NCBI GenBank assembly: GCA_036229005.1
Contig: JAZAMN010000052.1
Coordinates: forward strand, 160,001 to 224,000
Direction: 5' to 3'
Length of the DNA: 64,000 nt
DNA from: Myxococcota bacterium
Lineage (GTDB): Bacteria > Myxococcota_A > UBA796 > CAJQPC01
The translations under genes and the position numbers were made by a program. Below the pieces are notes generated by a model that did not search any database, was not told where the DNA came from, and saw only the letters and a list, made by a program, of their open reading frames with translations. The stretch's first letter is position 1, and every line of letters starts with the position of its first letter. Shown here piece after piece: positions 42,143-52,841 of the stretch.

Positions 42143-43213
42143 TCAGAGGTCGCTGCTCCTCAGGGCCGATGCCAGGGCTCTGGCGTCGGCGCTGCGCCCG
42201 TGCTCACGTTGGGCCAGGGTGTCCAGCAGCACCAGAGCCTGCTCGTCCTCCCCCTCCAGGATCAGCGCCTGAGCGCGCCACCAGTCGTATCCCCACGGCA
42301 GGGTGTCGCTCTCGGCGAGCCGGGCGACCTGGTCGAAGGCCTGCAGCGCCTTGTCGCCGTCTCGGGCGCAGACCCAGGCGGTCCCCTCGTACCAGTGCAG
42401 GTAGGGGTCGCTCTGGCCCTTGGCCTCCAGGTGAAGGGTGGTGGCGGACTCGCGGCAGTGGCCGTCCCTGAGCTGGCTTATCGCGCGCTTTGCCGGGCCT
42501 TCGTAAAGGGGGGCTCGCTGCGCGGGGGGGAGCTCGTCAGGGAGCAGGGCGGCGCGGGCCCATACCCGCTGTTGGTCGCTGGGCTGCAGCTTCCAGACCA
42601 CGGCGCCGACGACGGCCAGCAGCGCCAGGAAGGGCAGGATGGGGAGGGAGCCGCTCTGGGTGCCCTTGGACTTTGGGGCAGACCGCTTGGGCTTTGGGGG
42701 CAGCGGCTTGTCCTTTCTGCGGGCTGAGCGCGGGCGAGGTGCGGCTGGCTGGGGGAGGGGGCGCGTCGGAGCCTTGGGCGCGGCCTGGGCGGTCGCGGCG
42801 GTGCGGAGGGCGTGCCGCAGGGCCTCCATGTGATGGCGACAGGGCTCACAGTCGGTCAAGTGGCCTTCCACCCGGGCGACCTGCGCGGCGGAGGCGGCGC
42901 CCAGACCGACGCGCGCCATCTCAAGGGGATCGGGGTGCTCTCCGATCACGACGTCGCGCCGCCGGAGGAAGCGAATGCCCGAAGCGCCCGCCTGGGACAT
43001 GGCCTCCTCGGTGAGGGCCTGGACGCTGTTCTCGCCCGACTCCAGGGTGTTCTGGGCGGCTTCGCGCTCCATCTGCGCCCGCAAGCCGCTATCCTGTAGG
43101 CTCCACTGGGGTGCCCCCAGGACCCGTGCCGCCAGCGTGCGCAGTTGGTTGCGCAGAGGGGTGACGGCGCTGGGGTCTCCCGCGATGAACTGCTCTACAA
43201 GCTTCTGGTCCAT
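42143..43213 (-). CDS. Membrane-anchored sigma2-like/zf-HC2 fusion with a C-terminal TPR-like domain
   Basis: MDQKLVEQFIAGDPSA; HPD...HLTDCEPCR; Pro/Lys linker; TM ILPFLALLAVVGAVVW; helical repeats. Confidence 0.65.
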   Translation of the reverse strand: MDQKLVEQFIAGDPSAVTPLRNQLRTLAARVLGAPQWSLQDSGLRAQMEREAAQNTLESGENSVQALTEEAMSQAGASGIRFLRRRDVVIGEHPDPLEMARVGLGAASAAQVARVEGHLTDCEPCRHHMEALRHALRTAATAQAAPKAPTRPLPQPAAPRPRSARRKDKPLPPKPKRSAPKSKGTQSGSLPILPFLALLAVVGAVVWKLQPSDQQRVWARAALLPDELPPAQRAPLYEGPAKRAISQLRDGHCRESATTLHLEAKGQSDPYLHWYEGTAWVCARDGDKALQAFDQVARLAESDTLPWGYDWWRAQALILEGEDEQALVLLDTLAQREHGRSADARALASALRSSDL

Positions 43214-43291
43214 GCAGACAACCTTTCCCTTCGAGTCCGGCACCGGCCGGTGCGGAAGCATCATACTGGAACGCCTGGGAGCACTCCGTCC

Positions 43292-44743
43292 ATGAAGCGC
43301 GCGCCCACCGTTCTGCTGATCGAGGATGAGGAGCCCAACCTCAAGGCGCTCACGCGGCTGATCTCGCGTCAGGGCTACCAGGTGTTCGGGGCCATGACGG
43401 GGCAGGGGGGGCTGGACCTGGCGAGCGAGCGGGGACCCGACCTCGCGATCGTGGATCTGCAGCTCCCCGACCTCTACGGAGAGGAGGTGATCCGGCGGAT
43501 GCAGTCGGCCTCCCCGGGGACCCAGTGCATCGTGCTCACGGCCACCGGCAGCGCCGCCAAGGCCTTCGAGTGCCTCCAGGCGGGGGCCACCGACTACTTC
43601 GAGAAGCCCATCGTGGACTTCGCCCGCTTCTTCCAGGTGCTCCGGAAGGCGGTGGAGATCCGGGACCTCAAGGAGGAGAACCGCCGCCTGCGCCGGGGCA
43701 ACCGCGACGGCGTGGAGAGCCTGATCGGCAACAGCCGGGCCATGCAGGAGCTCAAGCAGATGCTCACGGAGGTCGGGCCCTTTCCCTTCCCCGTGCTGAT
43801 CACCGGCGAGTCGGGCACGGGAAAGGAGGTCGTCGCGCGGGCCGTGCACGCCAGCTCCAACCGCCGCGAGGGGCCCTTCCTGGCGGTCAACTGCGCCGCC
43901 ATCCCCGAGCAGCTCCTGGAGAGCACGCTCTTTGGCGCGGAGAAGGGGGCGTTCACCGGGGCGGACAAGATGCGGGTCGGGCTCTTCGAGGAGGCCCAGG
44001 ACGGCACGCTGCTGCTGGACGAGATCGGCGACATGCCCCTGAACATGCAGGTCAAGCTGCTGCGCGTGCTGGAGATGAAGGAGATCACCCGGCTGGGGGC
44101 GAACAAGCCCATCAAGGTCAACGCCCGGGTGCTCACCGCCACACACCGGAACCTGCAGGCCTGGGTCAGCGAGGGGAAGTTCCGAGAGGACCTCTACCAC
44201 CGCATCAAGGTCATCGAGGTGAAGATCCCGCCGCTGCGCGAGCGCCTCGATGATGTGCCCCTGCTGGCCTACTACTTCCTCAAGGAGCTCAACGCGGAAT
44301 ACAACCGCGAGGTGCGGATCGACAGCTCGGCCATGAACACGCTGGCGGCCTACCCCTGGAGCCGGAACAACGTGCGGGAGCTGCGCGGTCAGCTCACCCG
44401 CGCGTTCGTGCTCTGCAAGGACGACAACATCATGGCGACGGACCTGGACCTGAGCGCCGAGCCGCGCGGGTTGGCGAGTCGTCCGCCCGCGGACGCTGCC
44501 GGGGGTGAGTCCGACGCCACGTTCGGGCTGATGTCCGAGCTGGTCGAGCTGAACTACCGGGACGCCAAGGAAGAGGTGCTCAAGGAGTTCTCCAGGCAGT
44601 ACCTCCAGACCCTGCTCCAGGAGACTGGCGGGAACATCACAAGGGCAGCCGATCGTGCGGGCATGGAGCGTCCCAACTTCAGGCGCCTGCTCAAGCGCTA
44701 TGGGGTCACGCGGCCGACGGGGAGTCAGACGGTTGAAGGCTGA
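43292..44743 (+). CDS. Sigma-54-dependent response regulator (NtrC family)
   Basis: Receiver (IEDE, VDLQLPD, EKP); GESGTGKE; GAFTGA; LLDEIGD; FREDLY; Fis-type HTH GNITRAADRAGM. Confidence 0.95.
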   Translation: MKRAPTVLLIEDEEPNLKALTRLISRQGYQVFGAMTGQGGLDLASERGPDLAIVDLQLPDLYGEEVIRRMQSASPGTQCIVLTATGSAAKAFECLQAGATDYFEKPIVDFARFFQVLRKAVEIRDLKEENRRLRRGNRDGVESLIGNSRAMQELKQMLTEVGPFPFPVLITGESGTGKEVVARAVHASSNRREGPFLAVNCAAIPEQLLESTLFGAEKGAFTGADKMRVGLFEEAQDGTLLLDEIGDMPLNMQVKLLRVLEMKEITRLGANKPIKVNARVLTATHRNLQAWVSEGKFREDLYHRIKVIEVKIPPLRERLDDVPLLAYYFLKELNAEYNREVRIDSSAMNTLAAYPWSRNNVRELRGQLTRAFVLCKDDNIMATDLDLSAEPRGLASRPPADAAGGESDATFGLMSELVELNYRDAKEEVLKEFSRQYLQTLLQETGGNITRAADRAGMERPNFRRLLKRYGVTRPTGSQTVEG

Positions 44744-44752
44744 CTCTCGCTG

Positions 44753-44773
44753 ACTGAGGGGTGGCTCAGTTTT
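44753..44773 (+). terminator. Probable intrinsic terminator
   Basis: ACTGAG-gggtgg-CTCAGT followed by TTT, 9 nt after the stop codon. Confidence 0.5.
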
Positions 44774-44857
44774 CTGTGACAACGCGTTGACAGGCTACCC
44801 GCCGAGCGATCACGCGGGCCTGTGATAAGCCCTCGTCAATCCCAGCCTGGAGCGTTC

Positions 44858-45928
44858 ATGGATCCCTTTGAGCAGATGGCCTCCCTCGGCCACGAGCAGG
44901 TCGTCTTCACCCGCAACGATGACGTCGGTCTCCGCGCGATCATCGGCATCCACGACACCACTCTGGGCCCCGCCCTGGGCGGTTGCCGGCTCTACCCCTA
45001 CGGCTCCGAAGCCGAGGCCCTCCGGGACGTGCTCCGTCTCTCCCGCGGAATGACCTACAAGGCGGCCGTGGCCGGCCTGGATCTGGGCGGCGGCAAGGCC
45101 GTCATCATCGGGGATCCCGGCATCAAGAGCGAGGGGCTCTTCCGCGCCTTCGGGCGGGCGGTGGAGTCTCTGGGCGGCCGCTACATCACCGCCGAGGACA
45201 TGAACACCAACGTCGAGGACATGAACAACATCGCGCGCGAGACCCGCTGGGTCAGCGGGCGGGGGCATGCGACCGCGGGCGGCGGAGATCCCTCTCCGGT
45301 GACGGCCTGGGGCGTGTACCACGGCGTCCGCGCTGCGGCCGAGGTCACCTTCGGCAGCCCCGACATGGCCGGCAAGAAGGTCGCCATCCAGGGTTGCGGC
45401 AACGTGGGCTACTGGCTGGCCAAGTACCTCCACGAGGAGGGCGCCGAGCTCATCTACTCCGACATCAACGGGGACCGGGTCAAGCGCTGCCTGAACGAGT
45501 TCGGCGGCCGCGCGGTCGAGGGGGACGAGTACTACTCCCTGGACGTCGACGTGCTGGCTCCCTGCGCCATCGGCGGCATCATCAACAGCACCACCATCCC
45601 CATGCTGCGGGCCCCCATCATCGCGGGCGGCGCCAACAACGTGCTGAACGAAGAGGACGAGGACGGCCACGCGCTCCTGGAGCGCGGCATCGCCTACGCC
45701 CCGGACTACGTGATCAACGCGGGCGGGCTGGTCAGCGTCTACGCCGAGCTCCACGCGCTGCCCCACGCCAAGGCCATGGAGGACGCCGCCGGCATCTTCA
45801 ACACGGTCAAGTCCATCATGAACGCCGCCAAGGCCCAGGGCACGACCACCATGAAGGCCGCGAACGCCCTGGCCGAGGCCCGCATCGAGACGGTCGCCCG
45901 CGTCAAGCGCATGCACATTCCCGGCTGA
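44858..45928 (+). CDS. Leu/Phe/Val dehydrogenase
   Basis: HDTTLGPALGGCR, LSRGMTYK, GGGKAVI, YITAEDM, GDPSPVTA.GV, QGCGNVG, GGANN, PDYVINAGG. Confidence 0.93.
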   Translation: MDPFEQMASLGHEQVVFTRNDDVGLRAIIGIHDTTLGPALGGCRLYPYGSEAEALRDVLRLSRGMTYKAAVAGLDLGGGKAVIIGDPGIKSEGLFRAFGRAVESLGGRYITAEDMNTNVEDMNNIARETRWVSGRGHATAGGGDPSPVTAWGVYHGVRAAAEVTFGSPDMAGKKVAIQGCGNVGYWLAKYLHEEGAELIYSDINGDRVKRCLNEFGGRAVEGDEYYSLDVDVLAPCAIGGIINSTTIPMLRAPIIAGGANNVLNEEDEDGHALLERGIAYAPDYVINAGGLVSVYAELHALPHAKAMEDAAGIFNTVKSIMNAAKAQGTTTMKAANALAEARIETVARVKRMHIPG

Positions 45929-46006
45929 GCTGGGACCCGCAGCGCGCGGGGATGTCAGAATGTCGGTCGCGGGTTCCCGCCCAAGGGGAGCCGGACTGGA
46001 GACAGA

Positions 46007-47047
46007 ATGACCTCGACTGCGCGCTGGATGCTCGCTGCCCTGTGCGGCGCCACGATGCTCACGGTGGGCCTCACCGCCAGCCGGACCCAGGCCGGCGGTG
46101 ACCTCGACTTTGGCTACACCCCCAACCCTCAGGCCGGGGAGAAGCCTGCGCTCTTCGTGACCCCCGCGCGCCCGGTCAAGGAGCTCTACGTGAGCTGCAC
46201 CGTGGGCGGACAGGACCACGAGTGGACGCGCACCGGGGTCGCCGCGGGCAAGCAGCAGAACTTCGCCTGGCCCCGCGACACCCGGCACACCCACGCGGAC
46301 TGCTTCGTGCGGGCCACCTTCGCCGATGGCTACGTGAGCGAGCAGCAGCTCCCCATCGACTACAGCTTCGGCGGGGCGCTGAGCGTCGACCTCTCGCGCG
46401 CGGAAGCCGACCTCAAGGAGCACACCCTGACCGTCGCGGTGAGCGAGCACGTCGACACCGCCGAGATCGTGGCCTACGGCGCGCACAAGACCCTGCTGGA
46501 CAAGCGGGTGATTCAGGTGGACTCCGGGCCCGGGGACATCACGCTGCCTTGGGTCGGCGACCCCGGCGAGGTGGTCCTGCTGGAGGTCAAGGTCGAGAAC
46601 AGCAATGCCTGGGCGGGTTTTGAGTTCTCGCCCTGGTTCCTGGACATTCCGCACGACGACGTGCTCTTCGAGAGCAACTCCGACGTCATCGACCCCGACC
46701 AGGAGCACAAGCTCGAGCGCACCCTCAAGGACCTGAACGAGGTCATCGACAAGTACGGCGAGATCGTGCCCGTGAAGCTCTACATCGCCGGCTGCACCGA
46801 CACCGTCGGGGACGCTGGGGGCAACCGCGAGCTCTCCCGCCGCCGGGCCAAGGCAATCGCCAAGTGGCTGCGCGCGCACGGGTACAGCCACCCCATCTAC
46901 TACCACGGCTTCGGGGAGTCTCTGCTGGCCGTGCCCACCGGCGACAACGTGGACGAGGTCCGCAACCGCCGGGCGCTCTACATGGTCGGGGCCTCCGCGC
47001 CCGGGAAGGGGAGCGGGATCCCTGGCGTCAAGTGGACCGCGCTCTGA
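46007..47047 (+). CDS. OmpA C-terminal-domain protein
   Basis: Signal peptide; VLFESNS, AGCTDTVG...NRELSRRRA, GFGES.L, NRRA. Confidence 0.88.
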   Translation: MTSTARWMLAALCGATMLTVGLTASRTQAGGDLDFGYTPNPQAGEKPALFVTPARPVKELYVSCTVGGQDHEWTRTGVAAGKQQNFAWPRDTRHTHADCFVRATFADGYVSEQQLPIDYSFGGALSVDLSRAEADLKEHTLTVAVSEHVDTAEIVAYGAHKTLLDKRVIQVDSGPGDITLPWVGDPGEVVLLEVKVENSNAWAGFEFSPWFLDIPHDDVLFESNSDVIDPDQEHKLERTLKDLNEVIDKYGEIVPVKLYIAGCTDTVGDAGGNRELSRRRAKAIAKWLRAHGYSHPIYYHGFGESLLAVPTGDNVDEVRNRRALYMVGASAPGKGSGIPGVKWTAL

Positions 47048-47129
47048 CCGCCTGACCCCTGGGCGCCCGCAAATCTCTGCCTTCGGTCCCGCCAGCGAGG
47101 TCAGGCTGGCGCGGACCCAGGGGCCCTGT

Positions 47130-49886
47130 TCAGAAGCGCGCGTTGACGCCGATGCTGGCGGCGCCCTGCAATGCGCGGATCTTGGCGATGTCGGCGACGT
47201 CCCCGCTGGGGGGCACCGCGAGCCGAGCGTGGTGCAGGTGGAGCTGGTAGCCCAGGCTCACGGCGATGGGGTCGCTGACCGGGATGTCCAGGTAGGTGTT
47301 CAACTCGGTCATCACGGGCCTGGGGGCGAAGGTCTCGGCCAGGTCGAAGCGGAAGCCCATGGTCTCGGTGTCCAGGGCGACGCCCGCGCTCAAGCGCGCG
47401 CCCGCCATGCGTCGGTCGTAGGAGCCGATGTCGGTGAGGGTCTCGTTGTAGCGGAGCACCGGCATGTCCACCAAGCCCACGCCCAGGCCGCCGAAGAAGT
47501 AGGCGGCGCCCTGAACGCTGCCCACCGTGAGGGCCGCGTGCGCCGGAAGGATGGTGTCGGCCATCTCCACGCCGGAGACCTTCATCTTGTAGCGGCCGGC
47601 CCGGAGCCCGGCGTCGAAGCCGATCATGCCCTGGGGGCCGCCGTGGCCGTCGAGCTGGATCACGGCCGCCGGGATGGCCATCTTGGAGAAGGCCACCGAC
47701 GAGGGGACGCGCCCGTTTCCGTCGTTGTTGTCGCGCACCGCGCTGTGTCGGTACTGGACCACGGCGCCCATGAGTCGGGCGTTCCCAGAGAAGCCGCTGC
47801 TGCCGCCGCTGCTCCCGTCGCGGGGGGGCTTGTCACGGCCTCCGTCGGTGTCGGCTGCGTCCGCGGACATCTGGGCCAGAGTGGGCAGCTCCAGGGTCCC
47901 GGAGGCGGTGCCGACCGTGGCGCTGAGGGTGAGCGGGCCGTCGACGCCGGGGGGGAGCTGAACGGGCACGTTGTAGCTGCCGTCGCCGTTGTTCTGGAGG
48001 GTGCCGACGGTGCCCACGGAGGCGGTGACCTGGGGGGGCTGGTCGACAATGGCCTTGCCGGCGGGGTCGAGCACCTTGATGGTCACCAGCAGGGCGGCGC
48101 CGGGGGTGGTGTAGGTGGGGACCGAGGCGACCTGCACCGCGCTGGGCGCGCCCACGTCCGCGCCGACCCGTCCGACCTTGAGGGAGACCAGGGTCTGCTG
48201 CCAGCGGGCCACGCGGGCGCGATCCTCGGCGGAGCCACCCGTCTCGACGGCGCCCGCGCTCTGGTCGGGGGTGTGGAGCACGAGCACGCTGCGGCCCACC
48301 ACGCCGCCTGCGCTGGCCTGCAGGCCCACGAAGCCGGCCTCGGTGCCCGCGCGGACCTGGACGTGCGCGACGCCGCCGCTGTCCGTCTTCACGGAGGGCT
48401 CCATGGCGGCGCTGCCCACGGGCACGGAGAGCTCGATCTCGGTGTTGGGGACGGGGACACCGGTGGCGTCCAGGGCCACCAGGGTGAGGGTGGCGGTGGC
48501 GCTGCCGTCCGCGGGGAGGCTGCCCTGGTCCATCCACATCACGACGTGGCGTACGGGCAGGCCGGTGGCCTTGTAGACCGGGCGCACGCGCACGGTGGCG
48601 TCGTCGGCCTTGCTGCTCATGCGCAGCTTCTGGGTGTAGGTGCCGTCGCCGTTGTCGCGGGTCCCGGCCAGCTTGGAGGCACCCTCGGCCTGCACCTGGA
48701 TCTTGCGCTTGGTCATCGCGGCGCCGTCGGCCCGCTGCAGGTGCGCGGTCACGTGAAAGTCCCGCTCCTTCTCCTTGAGGGCGGCCGGGTCGCTGGACAG
48801 CGCGACCCGGGGGACGGCGTCCACCAAGGTGATCTTGTGGCTGTCCTTGAGCTCGCCGAGGGTGGCCTCGATGCTCAGGGAGCCGGGATCCGCGGCGGTG
48901 GTCAGGGTGAAGCGGTACCAGCCCTCGCCCAGGTTCTCCCCGCTGGCGCCGTTGAGCTTGGGGGCCTCGCCACGCCATGCCTCGCCGTCACCAGAGAGAG
49001 CGAGGACGTGGACCACCAGGGTGTGGTCGGTGGGGAGCACAGCCGGGAGAGGGGCCAGAGCCAGCAGATCCGGGCTGTTGAGCTCCAGGGTCACCTGGGA
49101 GTCCTTGCGGTTGCCCAGCTCGTCGACCGACTGGAGGGTCGCGGTGGTGACCCGGGGGTCCAGCTTGGCGGTGACGGTCACGCCGTCGGGGCCGGCGGTC
49201 GTGGGGCCGTACTGGGCGTTGCCGATCACCAGCACGTTCTGGGAGCCAGCGGGGGCGCTGACCTGCTGGGCACGCTCCAGGAGCACGGGGAGGGCGCCGT
49301 AGCCCACGACCTGGTTGGGGGTGGTCGCGTCGGTCGCGGTGAAGACGACGTGCTGGGGGTCGGAGAAGCTGCTGGTGGGGGTCCAGGTGGCCGACCAGGT
49401 GCCGTCGTCGTTCTGGGTGAGGGGCCCGACCCGGCCGCTGCTGGCCTCGAGCATCACGGAGCGGCCCTCCAGGGGGAGGGGGTGGGGGCCCTCGGCGCTC
49501 ACGGTGAGCGCGACCGTGCCCTTGTCCCCGGCGGTCCAGGTCTGGGGCTCGAAGGCCACCGAGAGCTCACCCATGGGCGAGGGGACCAGCGGGATGCGCA
49601 GCTCTTCGTCGTGCTTGCCGCGCACGCGGATGCGGACGGTCGCGTCGGTGTTGGAGTAGGCCTGGCTGGGGGTGAACTCGAAGAGGATCAGGTCATTGGC
49701 CGGGATCGCCGCGGCGCCCACCTCGCCGCTGGAGGCCTGTACGCGGAGGCGGTCTCCGGGCACCACCCCGGGCGCGTGCACCTGCACCTGCACCACGCTC
49801 TGCCCGTCGGCCTCGATGGGGGGCATGGGCAGGACGCTCAGGGACGCGGCGAACACGTTGGAGCTCACGAGCAGAGAGAGCAGCAT
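47130..49886 (-). CDS. Invasin/Big-1 Ig-repeat surface protein with a C-terminal outer-membrane beta-barrel
   Basis: ADG...ATLT...D..G.PV and DNGDGTYT/NNGDGSY motifs; alternating beta strands ending IGVNARF. Confidence 0.75.
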   Translation of the reverse strand: MLLSLLVSSNVFAASLSVLPMPPIEADGQSVVQVQVHAPGVVPGDRLRVQASSGEVGAAAIPANDLILFEFTPSQAYSNTDATVRIRVRGKHDEELRIPLVPSPMGELSVAFEPQTWTAGDKGTVALTVSAEGPHPLPLEGRSVMLEASSGRVGPLTQNDDGTWSATWTPTSSFSDPQHVVFTATDATTPNQVVGYGALPVLLERAQQVSAPAGSQNVLVIGNAQYGPTTAGPDGVTVTAKLDPRVTTATLQSVDELGNRKDSQVTLELNSPDLLALAPLPAVLPTDHTLVVHVLALSGDGEAWRGEAPKLNGASGENLGEGWYRFTLTTAADPGSLSIEATLGELKDSHKITLVDAVPRVALSSDPAALKEKERDFHVTAHLQRADGAAMTKRKIQVQAEGASKLAGTRDNGDGTYTQKLRMSSKADDATVRVRPVYKATGLPVRHVVMWMDQGSLPADGSATATLTLVALDATGVPVPNTEIELSVPVGSAAMEPSVKTDSGGVAHVQVRAGTEAGFVGLQASAGGVVGRSVLVLHTPDQSAGAVETGGSAEDRARVARWQQTLVSLKVGRVGADVGAPSAVQVASVPTYTTPGAALLVTIKVLDPAGKAIVDQPPQVTASVGTVGTLQNNGDGSYNVPVQLPPGVDGPLTLSATVGTASGTLELPTLAQMSADAADTDGGRDKPPRDGSSGGSSGFSGNARLMGAVVQYRHSAVRDNNDGNGRVPSSVAFSKMAIPAAVIQLDGHGGPQGMIGFDAGLRAGRYKMKVSGVEMADTILPAHAALTVGSVQGAAYFFGGLGVGLVDMPVLRYNETLTDIGSYDRRMAGARLSAGVALDTETMGFRFDLAETFAPRPVMTELNTYLDIPVSDPIAVSLGYQLHLHHARLAVPPSGDVADIAKIRALQGAASIGVNARF

Positions 49887-50049
49887 GGCGGGGGCCTCCA
49901 GGGCGGTGAGGGTACCCCAGCGGGGCCACCGCTCGGCGCTGACGGTGCCCGATTTTCGTCCTGTTGACCCCTGCAGTGGGCCCCGCCTGGGGAGGGTCTG
50001 CCCGGGCCGGCTTGGGGTGTTAGGTGGCAGGACCTTTGAAGGACCGCAC

Positions 50050-51168
50050 ATGCCCACGAACGTCGACACCTCTGGCTGGAAGCTGCCCATCAACCTCGGT
50101 CTGAACGACGGCACCTACTGTGCCCAGGGCGCGATCGACGTGCTGCTCCAGCACAACGAGCGGCACTCCCTGCGCAACTACAGCGACGGTGACAACAGCG
50201 AGCTGCGGCGCCTGATCGCCGAGGAGTGCGGCGTCACCCCCCAGATGGTGTACCTGCAGAACGGCTCCGGCCCCATCCTCAAGCAGGTCATCCCGCACCT
50301 GGTGCGCGACTCCATCAAGAGCAGCGCGAGCCGGATGCTCAAGCACCTGACCTCCAAGAGCGGCTACCCCATCATCACGCCCAGCCTGACCTACTTCAAG
50401 GTGCCCCTGGGCGCGGAGAAGAAGGGCCTGAGCGTGCGCCTGGTGCCCCTGCGTCCCGAGCGCGACTTCAAGCTGGACATCGGCGAGCTTGAGGCCGCCA
50501 TCAAGCAGGGCGACGGGCTGGTCTACCTGGCCAACCCCAACAACCCCACCGGCAACGTGCTCGTGACCCGCGAGCAGATCGTGCCGCTGATCAAGAAGTA
50601 CCCCAAGTCCACCTTCTGGATCGACGAGGCCTACGTCCAGTACGTGGACCCCGCCAAGCACAGCTACATGCCTGACCTGGTGGGCCAGTTCGAGAACGTG
50701 GTGTGCACCCGCACCTTCTCGTTCGCCTACGGGATGGCCAGCGCCCGCATCGGCTACATCGTCGCGCAGCCCGACCTGATCGCGAAGCTGGAGGGCGAGG
50801 TCACCAACTACCGAATCCCCCTGCTGACCGAGCGCATGGGCGTCGCCACCCTCAAGGACACCCAGCACCTGCCGGACGTGCGCGTCCGCAGCAAGCAGGC
50901 CCGCGACTACCTGACCGAGCGCATGGGCAAGTGGTCGGACCGCCTCAAGGTCTTCCCCAGCGAGGTCAACTTCCTGCTGGTCCAGACCCTGGACGGCCCC
51001 AAGGCCAAGGCCATCGCCGCCGGTCTGCTGGAGCGCGGGGTCAAGATCAAGACCTTCGTGCCCCTGCAGGACTACCGCTACGACGAGTTCTTCCGCATCA
51101 CCATCGGCCTGCCCGAAGAGAACGAGTTCCTGGCGGACATGCTCGATGAGGTGATGGAGGTCCTCTGA
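50050..51168 (+). CDS. HisC-like class I/II aminotransferase-fold protein lacking the PLP lysine
   Basis: NGSG, YLANPNNPTG, IDEAY, RTFSFAYGMASARIGY, PSEVNFLL, RITIG.PEEN. Confidence 0.85.
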   Translation: MPTNVDTSGWKLPINLGLNDGTYCAQGAIDVLLQHNERHSLRNYSDGDNSELRRLIAEECGVTPQMVYLQNGSGPILKQVIPHLVRDSIKSSASRMLKHLTSKSGYPIITPSLTYFKVPLGAEKKGLSVRLVPLRPERDFKLDIGELEAAIKQGDGLVYLANPNNPTGNVLVTREQIVPLIKKYPKSTFWIDEAYVQYVDPAKHSYMPDLVGQFENVVCTRTFSFAYGMASARIGYIVAQPDLIAKLEGEVTNYRIPLLTERMGVATLKDTQHLPDVRVRSKQARDYLTERMGKWSDRLKVFPSEVNFLLVQTLDGPKAKAIAAGLLERGVKIKTFVPLQDYRYDEFFRITIGLPEENEFLADMLDEVMEVL

Positions 51169-51171
51169 GGG

Positions 51172-51466
51172 GGGCAGGTATCAGGAGTCAGGGGTCAGGT
51201 ATCAGGCATGACGCCGAGCCGGCTCCCAGCGCCGCTCTCTCCCGGGATTCGGATACCCGATACCCGGTTCGCCGCGCCCTCGTGTGGCCCGCGCGCAGCG
51301 CTCGGACCCTCCCCGCAACGCCCAACAAGTAGGCTGCCACCACCACCCGACCCCGGAACCAGGTCATCGCCGGTCGGTCGCCAGTCGCCGCAGCCCACCA
51401 CCCGATACCTGATACCTGATACCTGATACCTGATACCTGATACCTGATACCTGACCTCCGATACCC
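51172..51466. repeat. Second copy of the composite heptamer repeat, without an IS
   Basis: TCAGGTA-type left arm; GTAGGCTGCCAC at 51329; GTCATCGCCGGTC at 51363; (GATACCT)7 at 51404-51452. Confidence 0.9.
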
Positions 51467-51474
51467 CCCCAGAG

Positions 51475-51510
51475 AACAAACGGCGCCGCCCCAACAAGGG
51501 CGACGCCGTC
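51475..51510 (-). terminator. Probable intrinsic terminator of the FKBP gene
   Basis: Minus strand ACGGCGTCGCCC-ttgttg-GGGCGGCGCCGT followed by TTGTT. Confidence 0.6.
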
Positions 51511-51527
51511 TTCGCTCTGGCCCGCAA

Positions 51528-52796
<1,269 letters not shown>

Positions 52797-52841
52797 GCCC
52801 TGCGGCTAACCCACCCCCGCCGATCTGCCATGATGGGGCGC

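Noticed and set aside
43214..44782. N-terminal part of the 879-aa ORF 42143..44782
   Set aside because: Shadow of the NtrC gene; the plausible protein begins at ATG 43213.
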